DNA of 64,000 nt from Azolla caroliniana (taxonomy: Eukaryota > Plantae > Polypodiophyta), in the NCBI GenBank assembly GCA_043228905.1, contig JBHGNT010000014.1, positions 17,546,001-17,610,000 on the forward strand. Reading direction: 5' to 3'. This document shows positions 1 through 12,915 of the stretch, piece by piece (position 1 is the first letter of the stretch; the number at the start of each line of letters is the position of its first letter). A program made the position numbers and the translations under genes. The notes beneath the pieces are model-generated. The model ran no database searches and was not told where the DNA came from. It worked only from the letters and a program-made list of their open reading frames with translations.

Positions 1-269
1 AGAGTTGTACCTGTGCTACCGTATGATACAGCTGATGATCTAGCCGCTCGGGTTTTGAAAGAGGTACATATTTTTACAGTTTTTTTCTCACGCATATGCA
101 GGCATGGTTGCTTATACTTCATTTTTTATCAATGACGTAAATTCATCCAGGGTGAACTTATGTAGTTTGTTATCTCCCTGTCAGATGGTAATAGTCCAAG
201 GTTAATGTTCAAAGCAATCATCTTATGCAGGACTATAGATGAGTTTTATGGATATTTGATCGTCTCTGC

Positions 270-345
<76 letters not shown>

Positions 346-1141
346 CTATGTAATATTTATAAGGGTAGGGATTTAATATGTAATATTTATAAGGGTAGAT
401 AGTTTATTAACTATCTTCAAATTTCATAGGATTGTGATATGTGTCATGCAAAAGAGTTTGGTTAACTAACTTGGATCTCAAAATGATCTATATATTATCC
501 ATAGCTTAGAATACTTGGCCTACAATACGAGTAGAATACTTATGCTAAGTATTTTAAAAGTATTTTACCTTTTTTTTTAAATGGTTATAATATATTTTAT
601 AAAGATAAAATAAGTAGAATACGTTAGATATGTATAAATATGTTAAATACATAAAATTCTTTAAATATTTTTTATATTTGTATTATATCTAACAACTGTT
701 TTCTGGCCAATTATTTATTTATTATTATTGTGATTTTCATTTTATTTTTAGGAAACTTAAAATATTTGTTGAATAGGTTTGAATATTTAGAATATGTTAA
801 ATACATGCACATTTTGAAATGGCAGTTTACAATGTAGAATACTTGCTAGATTAAATACTTAAGAATATTCTAAAACGTATTCTAACACAAAATACTTGTT
901 TTTTAACAACTAATATTCCAAGATATTGCAATATATCAATTTTCTTTAATCATGAAACCCTTGAAAATTGACATTTGTGTATTAAGGTCTTTCTTGTATT
1001 CTCTGTTTTATGCTTCTATTCAAGCAGGAACATGACTTGTACCCTGAGGTTGTAGCAGCATTATGTGAAGATCGAATCTCGTGGCAAGATAATGGAGTTC
1101 CAATAATTAGGCGGTCATGGCACGGTTCAGAATTTGATTGA
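1..1141 (+). CDS. PUR3: Phosphoribosylglycinamide (GAR) formyltransferase, 3' part only (last two coding exons; gene starts before the window)
   Basis: Exon 1-63 reads RVVPVLPYDTADDLAARVLKE and ends at a GT. Exon 1028-1141 follows CAG and reads EHDLYPEVVAALCEDRISWQDNGVPIIRRSWHGSEFD*. The joined sequence matches the plant PurN C-terminus (DTxxxLAARVLxxEHxLY...DGVP). Confidence 0.9.
272..340. repeat. (AG)n microsatellite in PUR3 intron
   Basis: About 34 uninterrupted GA units; this explains the spurious RERE ORF. Confidence 0.97.
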
Positions 1142-2468
1142 TCAAGAAAAAAATCAGAATGCTATTCAAAGTTTAAGATTTTTGTTGATAAAGGAAAATA
1201 TCTTAATGCTTCGTAGGGACTGTTGATGGTTATTCTTGTAATGTTTAGAAATTCGAATGGGTATCTTGGAAAGGTTTTATACAGGATTTACAAAAGTTAT
1301 GAGGCACAAAGGCAAAAGAATAATTGGGCAATCAGGATGTTGGTTATGTCAGAAATTTCCCTATAGAACACACAAGAAATATAAGAAGAATCATGTTGCG
1401 TTTTTACTTTCCGTGTACAAAGGTTTTTCTTGGAAATTTTGAAAAACACTGAAGGTTATGTTGGGAAGGTTTTGATTGGAGTCTATACAAACCGTTACAA
1501 AAATAATGAGGCTTAGTGGTGCTGTTTTCCTCCAAACATTCTGTCCAGGAGGACACGCACAAAAATTATAAGGAAAAGATTATGCCTGACGTTAATAATT
1601 CGTCTTTCCACAGCCTATTAGGATTGACCTCTAAATTATATTTTGGTCTGAAATAAATTCTTCACTCTTGCTTTTCCCTTAACACCACTGGTTAAATACA
1701 AATATACTTCATTTGTGCTGAGGCTGATTTATATATTTCATCATAGGATATCGATCTAGGAACAAAATGTTGCTTAACATGTTCACTTTGTAAATGTACA
1801 TGTCTTGAGCTTTTGTGTAATATGAAAGGTTTGCGTTCATTGTTATCTCCTACAAAGCTCTAGTCTCCATTCCATAAATGATGAGCATGATTGTTTCTTA
1901 CTCTCCTGCCTCTAATGCCTGGCATTGATATGTGAATTGGATCTAATGGGAAATTTTACTCTTTAGGTCGTTTGAACTTCTTTTCTCTCTAATAATATAT
2001 CATAGAATATCATGGAGTGCTATAAATTAGCAAAATATTTGGAATTTGAGTTAACAATGAAAATATCCCATTCCATGTTTCATATTCAATTCAAATGTTT
2101 CAAGAGCTTTTTATTGCAATGAACGATGTTTCATTAATTTGTGAAGTGTGTCCTTCCTTTAATAAAACAGCTATTGACTAGTGTTAATAGCTATTTTATG
2201 CCAAGAGATCATTTAAAGTTATGAATCATTAGGTTATTTTATTGACTTGTGCTAGACTCTTGTTACCATTTTTAGAATGAGATTATTGTCTCCTTGCAAG
2301 ACAATGTGCTTTGATGAGGACACTTTCTTTACAAACAAACATTCTTGTTGTTTTACTCCAGAAGATCTCAATATTTAGAGGAATTTAGAATATAACACAA
2401 ACCTTGTGTATTTGAAAGCTGAGAAAATCCCACAGAGAAGGTTTCAGAGAACATTGCACGCAAAACTT

Positions 2469-3612
2469 GAAGGTATAGTTGAATCATGAGTGAGGAGGGT
2501 AGTTTTGGAATGATGAAAATGTGGAGGAAGAGAGAAGAAGAAGAAGGGAAGTTTTGGAATAATGAAAATATGGAGAAGAAGAAGAAGAAGAAGGAAAGGT
2601 ATAGTTGAATCATGAGTGAGGAGGGTAGTTTTGGAATGATGAAAATGTGGAGGAAGAGAGAAGAAGAAGAAGGGAAGTTTTGGAATAATGAAAATATGGA
2701 GAAGAAGAAGAAGAAGAAGAAGGGTAGTTTTGAAGTAATGAGAAATATGGAGAAGAAGAAAAAGAAGGGTAGTTTTGGAAATATGAAAAATATGGAGAAG
2801 AAGAAGAGGGGTAATTTTGAAGTAATGAGAAATATGGAGAAGAGGAAAAAGAAGGTTAGTTTTGGAATAATGAAAAATATGGAGAAGAAGAAGAGGGGTA
2901 GTTTTGAAGTAATGAGAAATATGCAGAAGAAGAAGAAGAAGAAGAAGAAGAAGAAGGGTAGTTTTGGAATAATGAAATTATGGAGAAGAAGAAGAAGAAG
3001 GGTGGTTTTGGAATAATGAAATTATGGAGAAGAAGAAGAAGGGTGGTTTTGGAATAATGAAATTATGGAGAAGAAGAAGAAGAAGAAGAAGAAGAAGAAG
3101 AAGAAGAAGAAGAAGAAGAAGGGTAGTTTTTGAATAATGAAAATTATGGAGAAGAAGAAAAATAAGAAGAAGGGGTAGTTTTGGAATAATGAAAATTATG
3201 GAGAAGAAGAAGAAGAAGAAGAAGAAGAAGAAGGGTAGTTTTGGAATAATGAAATTATGGAGAAGAAGAAGGGTGGTTTTGGAATAATGAAAATTATGGA
3301 GAAGAAGAAGAAGAAGAAGAAGAAGAAGAAGAAGGGTAGTTTTGGAATAATGAAAATTATGGAGAAGAAGAAGAAGGGTGGTTTTGGAATAATGAAAATT
3401 ATGGAGAAGAAGAAGAAGAAGAAGAAGGGTAGTTTTGGAATAATGAAAATTATGGAGAAGAAGAAAAATAAGAAGGGGTAGTTTTGGAATAATGAAAATT
3501 ATGGAGAAGAAGAAAAATAAGAAGAAGAAGGGTAGTTTTGGAATAATGAAAATTATGGAGAAGAAGAAAAATAAGAAGAAGAAGAGCAGAGTAAGAAGAA
3601 GAAGAGCAGCAG

Positions 3613-3645
<33 letters not shown>

Positions 3646-3662
3646 AACAGAGTAAGAAGAAG
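2469..3662. repeat. Compound minisatellite: core GGGTAGTTTTGGAATAATGAAAATTATGGA plus variable (GAA)n tract, about 20 units
   Basis: The core recurs throughout with (GAA)n spacers of varying length. The first ~125 bp (2469-2594) is duplicated almost exactly at 2595-2720. Confidence 0.95.
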
Positions 3663-4044
3663 AGGCAGAAGGAAGGAAGGAGGCTCTCTCGTGTTGGGAA
3701 TGCTGATGAATATTTGGAGAGCCATTATCTTGGTGTTCCCTTGTGCGAAACAGAGGCCAAGATGATGATGGATGATGATGAAGAGAAAGAACCGATCTTC
3801 GAGGATTACTTCCCTTTCTCTTCTTTTCTTCTTCTTCATCTTCTCTTCCTTCTCCGGTTTAATTTCTGACTCATCTTGGTGTATCAGAGGCCAAGGAGAA
3901 GATGACAAAGCTGAAGAAGAAGAAGAAGAAGAAGAAGAAGAAGAAGAAGAGGAAGAGGAAGGTATGTAATGCATTTCTTTGTCTCCGTCACAAACTTGCA
4001 TCATAATTTCTTCATCCTTTGGGAATCAACCCTCCCCCACCACA

Positions 4045-4089
<45 letters not shown>

Positions 4090-4090
<1 letters not shown>

Positions 4091-5895
4091 TGGAGAGAGC
4101 TCATCTCATCCTCAATTCTAACATGAACAGAAGAGCCATGCTGGTCTCATCAACACCCTACACTTCTTTCTCTTGTTTTTATTGTTGTTTTTTGCATAGC
4201 TTTTCAGCTATAGCACCCCCACTTGACAATGTTGCCCTCACTCGCCTCTTGTCTTCTTGCTCCAAGAAGAAAGAACTTGTTCGTGGGCGATGGCTCCATG
4301 ATTATATCGTGTCAAACAATGTGGACATGGATGCATTCCTCGAGACCTCACTTGTTCATATGTATAGTAAATGTGGTTATTTGGAGGATGCTCGGGACGT
4401 GTTTGATAGATATGTTGTATTTGGAAATGTTGTCACATGGAATGCTATGATCGGTGCTTACGAGCAAAATGGTCTTGACCATGAAGTTTTCTCATCTTTC
4501 CATCAGATGCAAATGCAAGCTATAGCCCCAGATAGAGTTACGTTTGTTATAGTTCTTTCTAGTTGCACTAAACATGCCCTGAAGAATGGAATTTTTAATT
4601 CGATAGGGTTAGGCAGGAATATCCATGCCAGAGTTATGCAGTTTGAATGGTCCATGGATCTCGATGTCATCAATTCTCTGATCAATATGTATGCTAAATG
4701 TGGTCACTTGAATGATGCCCAAACCATGTTCTTTCACACATCTAAGAAGAATATGGTCACATGGAATGCTATGGTTTCCGGATTTGCTGAGCACGGTTAT
4801 TCCGAAAAGGATGCATTGCAACTTTTGGAGCAAATGCAATGCGAGGGGTTTTTCCCTGATAACATTACTTTTATCAATACATTGAACTCATATATTCAAC
4901 CGTTGGCCTTAGCAGAAGGTAAGAGAATGCATGTCCATCTGAAATATAGTGGATTTGAGATGGATATAGTTGTTGCTACGGCTCTCGTGAGCATGTATGG
5001 TCGGTGTCATGACATGATCAATGCTCAGAAAATGTTCAGGAAAATGACACATTACAATAGTATCTCATGGAATGTGATGATTGGTGTGTATATTCACAAT
5101 GGTCTTGGCAAGGATGCCATCAAGGTCTTCATCGAAATGCAAAATTCAGGTCTACTTCCAAATGAAGGCACGTTTGTGAGTGTTCTTTCGGCATGTACGA
5201 CAGAAGCAACTTTAGCATTAGGGAGGCACATTCATTTTTGGATCATAAGCTCTGGATATGATGATCATACTACCTTAGGAAGTGCTCTTATGCACATGTA
5301 TGCAAAATGTGGTAGCATTGAAGATGCATACAATCCCTCTAATCGAGCACTTTTGAGAGACTTGGTGTCATGGAATACCATGATATCATCTTATGCTCAG
5401 CATGGATGTGGAAAGGAAGCTCTCCAACTATATAATAATATGCAATGTGGAGGAATGCTACCGAATGAGACAACGCTTATCAATGCTCTCTATGCATGTA
5501 GCCATTCTGGTCTAATACATGACGCTATGAAACTATTGGTTTCTGCAAGCTTTGATCATCATCATACTTTAGGTCTAGTTATCGAGCATTTCCATTGTGT
5601 GATAGATTTATTTGGAAGAGTGGGATTATTGAATGAGGCACAAAAGCTTTTGTATCAGATGCCTTTCCGACCCACATCTCTATCATTTATGATCCTTCTG
5701 GGTGCTTGTAGAACCCAACATGATGTGGGTCGGGGCGAGGAAATCGGATGCCATATGTTTGAATTGGATCCAGAGACTCCACCTGCATGTGTTATGCTCT
5801 CAAACATTTATTATGCAGCTGGTATGGGGGTCGAAGGTGATGAACTCCGAGCGGGAAAGGAACTGTTATGCGTGAAAAACATAGTTGTTGGTTGA
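4090..5895 (+). CDS. PLS-class pentatricopeptide repeat protein with a C-terminal E domain and no DYW (organellar RNA editing/processing factor), intronless
   Basis: Repeated PLS motifs (SLVHMYSKCG..., VTWNAMI..., PDRVTFV..., ALVSMYGRC, HFHCVIDLFGRVG) and an E-domain segment (LLGACRTQHDV...ELDP...MLSNIY). Likely start is the ATG at 4090, just after the (CA)n tract and in frame with ORF 3979..5895. Confidence 0.93.
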
Positions 5896-6912
5896 TATTA
5901 CTTAATTGGTTATGCAAGTTATCCATGTGATCATCAAAAAAATTGTGCATGTTCATAACGTTTGAGATTGTGGAGTAAAGAATCCTGTTCACCTGTGAGG
6001 CATCATTTTTCTTCTTGATGTTGTCTTGGCATGTAATGTGCATTTGGATCTAGTCTTGGGCTGAATCACATTATATTGAGTTCCAAGCGAAGCAAATTTA
6101 TATGCTTAAAAGAAAACCATAATCTATCACTATTTATACCTTGCAGCACACATACCTGAACATTAACCTTGTATCAATTGTATTGACACATTGGTTGAAT
6201 TTTGTAGCTTGGATCTTCGCATTTTGGATCATAAACCCAATCATCTGTAATCAAGATTTTATTCTACTGTTCTTACAAAGCATACAAATGGCATACTAAT
6301 AATAAATTGAGTTTTATGTTGTGGATCTAATAGATATGCCACCTATTACTAACTTAAACATCACATTATTCAGAGAAACATTGATAGGGTATTGAGAGAA
6401 ACGTTCTATTCACCTATACATGTTGTGGATAACATGGATAGGGTGCTGAATATTTGAAAACATTGCAAGAAGTGATTAAGCTCAATGAATCATTTTGATA
6501 TTTAAATAACCCCGTAGAAAGCAATTTAATTGTTTTCCGTATTTGATGCCAATTTCATCATCTTCTAATCATTTAAGGAAATCTGGACTTGAAGAGTGTT
6601 CAAGATTTTTTCTGATGTCAATGATATTTCGAGGGATGGAATCTGTGGGGTAGATTCATAAATTGGATGAATGCTACTACTATCACTTTCTCAACAAAAA
6701 AGAGCTAGATTGCTATTTCCATAACTTTTCAAGAAAAGGAAAGTGACCAGAAAGCGAGTGGTATTACTTTATTAATGAAAGCAAAAACAAGTTCATTGAT
6801 TTCACAAAGTGACTCACTTCCAAAAATAAATAAACCAAAGATACTACAGGGCTAGTTTCATCATTTTCACAAACAAGATTTGACTCCAGATTCTTTCATG
6901 TCTACACTTGTA

Positions 6913-9900
6913 TCAAAGGCTTTTAGTCTTCTTACAAAAGCAAGTGTAAGCATTGTGGGTTTTTTTCTTGACAAATTTGGAAAGTACTTGTGAAACCTTT
7001 AGCTTTGAGGAGGGACCTTCGTTCACAACAGGAACAAGAACTTGAGTTTTTCCCATAGCAATGCGATGCCCAACAATGTTCATGTATGAAATCCCTGACA
7101 CTGCCGGAACGAACACATCGGCTGTTGTACATATGTAGAAATCTACAGCTTGCTCAATAAATATGCTCCCAAAAACACTTTGTTGTTCATCAGATAGCAA
7201 TAGACTTTCCTGACAACAAAGTTTGTAAGCAAGCATGTCAGTGGTAAATGCTGTTGCTAGCACAATAAATAATACATGAAGAAGACCCATTATTTTATCT
7301 TGAATATTGGATCCCAAGGGGGTAATAGAAAACAAGAGATTAAATTGCAAAGCAGAACGTGCAAGTTACTGCCTTCATTTGTCCATCAAAATTTATGAGA
7401 ATAAATAAAAAAACGAAAGCATCATCATATATATAGAGAAGTCGTGGCTTTAAGTCTAAGATGGGTCTAATGTTACATGTATTATCGAGATCATTCATGA
7501 TTTTGATTTGAGGCTGCTTAGCTAGCACTATTCGTCCAAATAATGGCTTTAGAAAAACACTTTCCACAAAACACTTTGATTTGAGGCTGCTTAGCTAGCA
7601 CTATTCGTCCAAATAATGGCTTTAGAAAAACTCTGTTTGCCCAAAATTGGCTTTACAAAATGACTTTCTACAACCTGAGGATTAGCACAATTCGCCCTAA
7701 ACTTTCCACGATCTGAGGGTTCAGATTGCCTTATAAAGGCAATGTTAAAATGTATCACTGACTCGTGTTTTCCCTAAAGCAATGGGTTTAGACATTCATT
7801 TCCCACCATTGCATTGCCTTTTATTGAGACAATGCTAATGAAATAGCAAAATGCAACAAAAAATATAGTTTCATACCTAGACCGAAAGCATTCATGTTTT
7901 GATCTTTTACTTAGAGATAAGTACACTTGACACTTCATGCCTTTACAAATTCACCTTGAACCAATTTGAAAGGTTAAGAACAACCAAATTACCTTACAAA
8001 ACAATGCTAATAGAGTTAAAAATAATCCCAACAAAATCATTGAATCATACCTTGGTTTGCACGTTTGGAAAATGATTTGTAAGTGGATCGAGGGAACCAT
8101 CTAACCTCGACTCGGTAAGGTAAATCGGTGTGCTAGATGGAAATCCTAGTCTTTTAAAAAATGCTCCCACATCACTAGCATCAAAACACTTCTTATCTTC
8201 TGTCTCAATACACCACTTCCTTTTCAACATATTACTCCTCAAATTCACAGCAACAATATGACTACTACTTGCCATTTGTTTCAATCTCCGTATTATCTGA
8301 TCTCCAAGCTCTTCTATTTGTGAATGAAATCGCAAAGCTTCATATGTGACCAAGCATCGTATCGCATCATCTTGGTCTACAGTTGGTTCTTTTGAATTTA
8401 GATTCAGGGGAAAGACAGTTATGAACTGAATTATTGAGGTTCTCTTATAGATAGGCAACACATTAATATCATAATACTCAGAAAAAGCCTTGTATGGAAC
8501 TTTAACAACTGTAGGAGTAGCAGATTGCAGATCTTCGGGTAAATATTCTACCACTTCAACCAGATCTTCCAAAGTGGTAATGAAATTGTTCACATTGTAG
8601 ATTCGAGAAAAGGCACTTTAAACCAAAACAAACTTAGCTTTAGCATGATGTTTACACAAAGAAAAACTTTGTTTTCTTAACATGTTAGGATCGACAATAA
8701 TACATTACTGATTATGTATTTAATGGCATAAAGATGGTTGGAGATAATCACCCTCTCATTAATAGTCCTCTAAATTAGCCCATTCCTGTTGATGATCCTC
8801 ACACAATTAATAATTTGCTGTTGACTAAAAAGCAAAAGCTTGAAAAGGTACCTTCTAGATCCCTTAATCTTTGGCAGCACTAATGTCGCTCCTAAATAGT
8901 GAGCTGCAATGACAGCCTCTGCAACCTGCCAATAATTTAATCAGCGAAAAATAAGTTCAACCTTACAGAAAGAGCATAAGGTTCAATTTCAATGACAAAT
9001 AGGTCATGACATAGAGTTAGGTTAATTCATATATGTTCAAGCCAACATCTATTAAGATATGATAACTTTAAAAGTTCAGTAAAATTAATAGAAGACAAAT
9101 CTTATCGTGCCTCCTGGTTTTGAGAAATATTCAACACCAGATCCTATTTTTAAAGAATGATGGTCACAACTCACAGTAATATCACATTTGAGCACATGGA
9201 AATACATTTCTTAGTGGGAAACACTTTGATAGACTCTCATTTACTTGTTAGTATATCATCAGTAACTTTTCCAGCATGATGCCAGAGTTCAGACCCAACT
9301 CATATTTCTTAGCTATCTTAACACATTCAAGCTTCATTTATGTGATTAGTGTTAGATCTATCATTAATACCTAATTCATATCCCTTACCCACCTTCACAC
9401 AACTTTACACATCAAGTATTGAAGAAAATACAACAAAAACTCCTATAAAGATCAATGGCCATGTCTCAAGATGATATCAAACTTAGTCGCATGGAAAATA
9501 CATCTTGTCTCTTACACCAATATCTGAAAACTTTCAAAACGAAAGTTGAAAATAATTTACCTGAAAAGGATGGTAATGTATACTATTAGCGAGCTTAACA
9601 AGCAAGTACTTTTGTTCTGAATCTCCTTCTTTACCTTCAAATGGCAACAAATTACAAACCAAAGAATTGGAATCAATTTTATCGAGAGTGAAAAAACTCT
9701 TGGAATCTTAAATTACGAGACAAAGACAAAAGCATGAAACTTTTATTAACTTTTAAGGTGCTTTCTCCAACATGGTTGAAGTATTGGTCCATTTGTTCCC
9801 CATAACTTTTGGATCTTCTCGTCTTTTTGTATTAACTGACTTTGTTCTGGTTGTTCCTCATTGATTGCCTGTTCAGGTAGTGATGGGGTTTTCTTTATAA

Positions 9901-11499
9901 CAAGAGAACAACAAAACCATGATGTGAGCTGCTATGATTCTTTGTAGGAAGGTCCTTGTAAGAATCAAGGTAAGATGAAAAGAACAGATATATTCAAAGA
10001 GATGATTGCATGAAAATAAGGCTACCTTTATGATGATTTAAGGGTGTTTGATAGTGGAAAATATATATAATACAAAGACACAGAATATCTCTGAGAGAGA
10101 GATGTATCAATGTCTCTTAAAGGTCAACATGGCCTATTAGACCAAGCAAAGTACATATAAATGATAAAAAAGCGAGTTCAATCTGAACCCTATCGTACAA
10201 AAGAGAGATAAAATCAATGAAAGAAAGATGTACTAACGTTATGTTGCAAGAGAGGAAGAGAGAAGCATGCAAGGAAATCAATACTAATTCTTTAAAGCAT
10301 CCAAAGATTTACACTAGAAATTCAATTCATCAGAAAAGAAAATGAAGGAGAGAATTGAGCCAGCATCCTACCCCTAAATAGACTTCACGTTGTCGGACAG
10401 TATGAGAAAGATCTCTTATGGAAATCCATTTCATAAAAAGAAAATGGCAGAAAACAATTGAACCAAAAACTTTGCTCAAGACTATTGCGTAAAATTTCCT
10501 ATAACCTGAAATGAAGATAATCAATAAACTCAATGTAAAAAACTGTTCTTCTTTCTCTCTACTCTTTCATGCTATATCTTCTTCATGTATATAAACTGAG
10601 TGATCGTGAGGTAGTTTGGCCTCCTTGCAAAGGAGTATTTCAAATTTGTAAACAATAGTCTTAATGGAAAAAATCGTGCTTTTCTCTCTCTACTCTTACA
10701 TTGCTCTACTGATATTAAGAGGTGGTCATAAACAGAAATTTTTACACAGAAATCCACAGTACTCTCTCTCATTTAATTTATTGCCCTCAGGCTTTCCCTA
10801 GTTGTGAGGTCTTCGGCTATTAACACAATGCTTGAATACAAATCCCAACTTTCACACCTCTTTGTATACCAAACCCATGACCCCCAGTCTCCAAACAGTT
10901 GCCACAGTCATCACCTTCTCTCTCTCTCTTCTATTGTATATCTTAAAATAGAATGGTTGCCAGATCTAGAATAGGAGGAACACATTGAATATGTATTAAT
11001 ACGAGTGACAGCGTTGTTGTATTGGAATTGAGTGATTGTGAGAGGCATTTTGGATCCCCATACAAAAGAATATTCCAAGTTGCAAATCATATAATTGGTA
11101 GTACAAATCTCATTGCTTCTCTCTATAGTCATTTAAGACATATCTCAGGATAAATATATTAAAAATACCCCTCATATTATGTGTGATATGGTTACTGATT
11201 TTGAAAAAAAAAAAAAACTGGGTTAGGCCCTTGGTAAAATCGATAATGCAATTAATCTCATTTCCTTAATGTAGCATTAGATATATTGAATATATGGGTG
11301 GTCTGACCCTAATCCACCCTAGTAGCCATATAATTATATCAAGAAAATAAGAAGAATGAGCAAAGACGAATTAGAACACCTCAAGATGAGCATAATTCTC
11401 TGAGCCGATCAAGTGGATAAGCATCAGAAACATCCCAAGAGTGAGGACAGCAGCCAAAGCTTGTTTGGGATCCATCTTTATGTCTTCGAAAACACCCAT
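6913..11499 (-). CDS. MSR1: MANNAN SYNTHESIS-RELATED 1-like O-fucosyltransferase family protein, 6 coding exons, 423 aa
   Basis: Exons: 11380-11499 (MGVFEDIKMDPKQALAAVLTLGMFLML..., TM anchor), 9751-9892 (...LQPCW), 9561-9634, 8852-8925 (VAEAVIAAHYLGATLVLPKIKGS), 8051-8615 and 6913-7209 (DFYIC..ADVFVPA..G..Y.N..GHRIA.GKTQ.LVP). All introns are GT-AG with consistent phases and the CDS totals 1272 nt. Confidence 0.88.
7502..7633. repeat. Direct tandem duplication (period ~73 bp) in an MSR intron
   Basis: TTTGATTTGAGGCTGCTTAGCTAGCACTATTCGTCCAAATAATGGCTTTAGAAAAA occurs twice, followed by degenerate copies. Confidence 0.9.
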
Positions 11500-12449
11500 T
11501 CTTGCCACTATGTACACACATAAATACATGTATATAAAGAAAAATGTCAGTTTTAATAAAAGAAAAGGTTGACCAAAAAGCTTTCATTTTTTCCCTGTGC
11601 TATCTTAAAGTGAAAAGGAAAACAAATTGGTCTAACCAAAAAAAACAAAATTACCTTATATAATATAAAGAGAGAGAGAACAAACCATTTGAATGAAATA
11701 TAAACCTAACCTTAATTCGGACAAAACTCAGTCTCTGACAACGTTACTATATCCTTTTCTCAGATCAACTCATGCGATCTTATGGATATCTTTACTTCTC
11801 TACATTAAACTAAGGTAATATGAAAAATATGAAGAAAGCGACATTGAAAGTAGAGGAAAGCATACCGAAAGGAACTAATTTCATTTGATCTTTAATCCAT
11901 CTTCGAATCCTTGTCAATCCCAATCTTCATCTCCATACACGAATTCCCCTTCTTCTGTACAGCCGTCAATGAATTAACCCTGAACAACATTCTGCAGACA
12001 TGTCGATCTCTGCGTTAGACTGATGAACTGAGGCGTGGCTGAAATTCGAAGAATTAGAGGAAGACGATGAAGATGAAGATGAAGAAGATGAAGATGATGA
12101 AGATGAAGATGATGAAGAGGGAGAGGACGGATTCGTGACATCTGCACAGAACTCCGGATTCTTCGACTCTATATGGTCTCTCGTAGTTAATCGGAGGGAC
12201 GTGGTTGAGAATTCCTTTTTCTGTTTCTTTTTCTCCTGAGATCATGGCTTTGGGAGCAGAGATGCCAATCGCCATCGTGCTTCGCAACGTGTGCAGGACA
12301 AAAAAAAGAGAGGAAGAAACAGAGGAAGCAGGGGAATGCTTCTTCTTCTTCTTCTTCTTCTTCTTCTTCTTCTTCTTCTGTTTCTTCCAAAATTACATAA
12401 AGAGACACTCTGTTTTCTTCTAATTATGGACTTGGCCACCCCTCAAGCC

Positions 12450-12915
12450 ATGATGATGATGATAGATTATAATAGATGATAGATGATAGATGAAGCTAAT
12501 GTTAAATGATTGAAGATAGATGATGATAGATGATAGATGATAGATGAAGCTAATGATAAATGATTGATTATAGATGATGATTGATGATAAATGATGATAG
12601 ATGATAGATGACAAATGACAGATGATAGATGACATATGACATATGAGAGATGAGAGATGATAGATGATAGATGAGAGATGAGAGATGAGAGATAACCGAT
12701 GACAGATGAGAGATGATGATGATTGATGATGATAGACTATTTATGATGATTGATGATCATGATGATAGATGATTGATGATCATAGATATGATGATGATTG
12801 ATGATCATGATGATCATGATGATTGATGATCATAGATATGATCATGATGATATATGATGATCATTGATCATCATAGATGATGATCATGATGATCGCGATG
12901 ATACATGATAGATGA
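12450..12915. repeat. Low-complexity GAT/GATA/GATC array upstream of the MSR1-like gene
   Basis: Nearly continuous ATGATAG, GATGAGA and GATCAT units. A (CTT)n tract lies nearby at 12339-12378 and a GAA/GAT tract at 12060-12116. Confidence 0.92.

Noticed and set aside
2612-3481. Lys-rich ORFs (MEKKKK...GSFGIMK)
   Set aside because: They are translations of the GAA minisatellite; frames shift between units and there is no other coding evidence.
2469-3560. CRISPR-like array (constant core with variable spacers)
   Set aside because: The spacers are only (GAA)n, the context is eukaryotic, and there are no cas genes.
3979-4089. N-terminal HTHTHT extension of the PPR ORF
   Set aside because: It starts at a non-ATG codon and runs through a (CA)n microsatellite; the ATG at 4090 is more plausible.
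12054-12635. Several short ORFs upstream of MSR1-like
   Set aside because: Dominated by CTT/GAT simple repeats.
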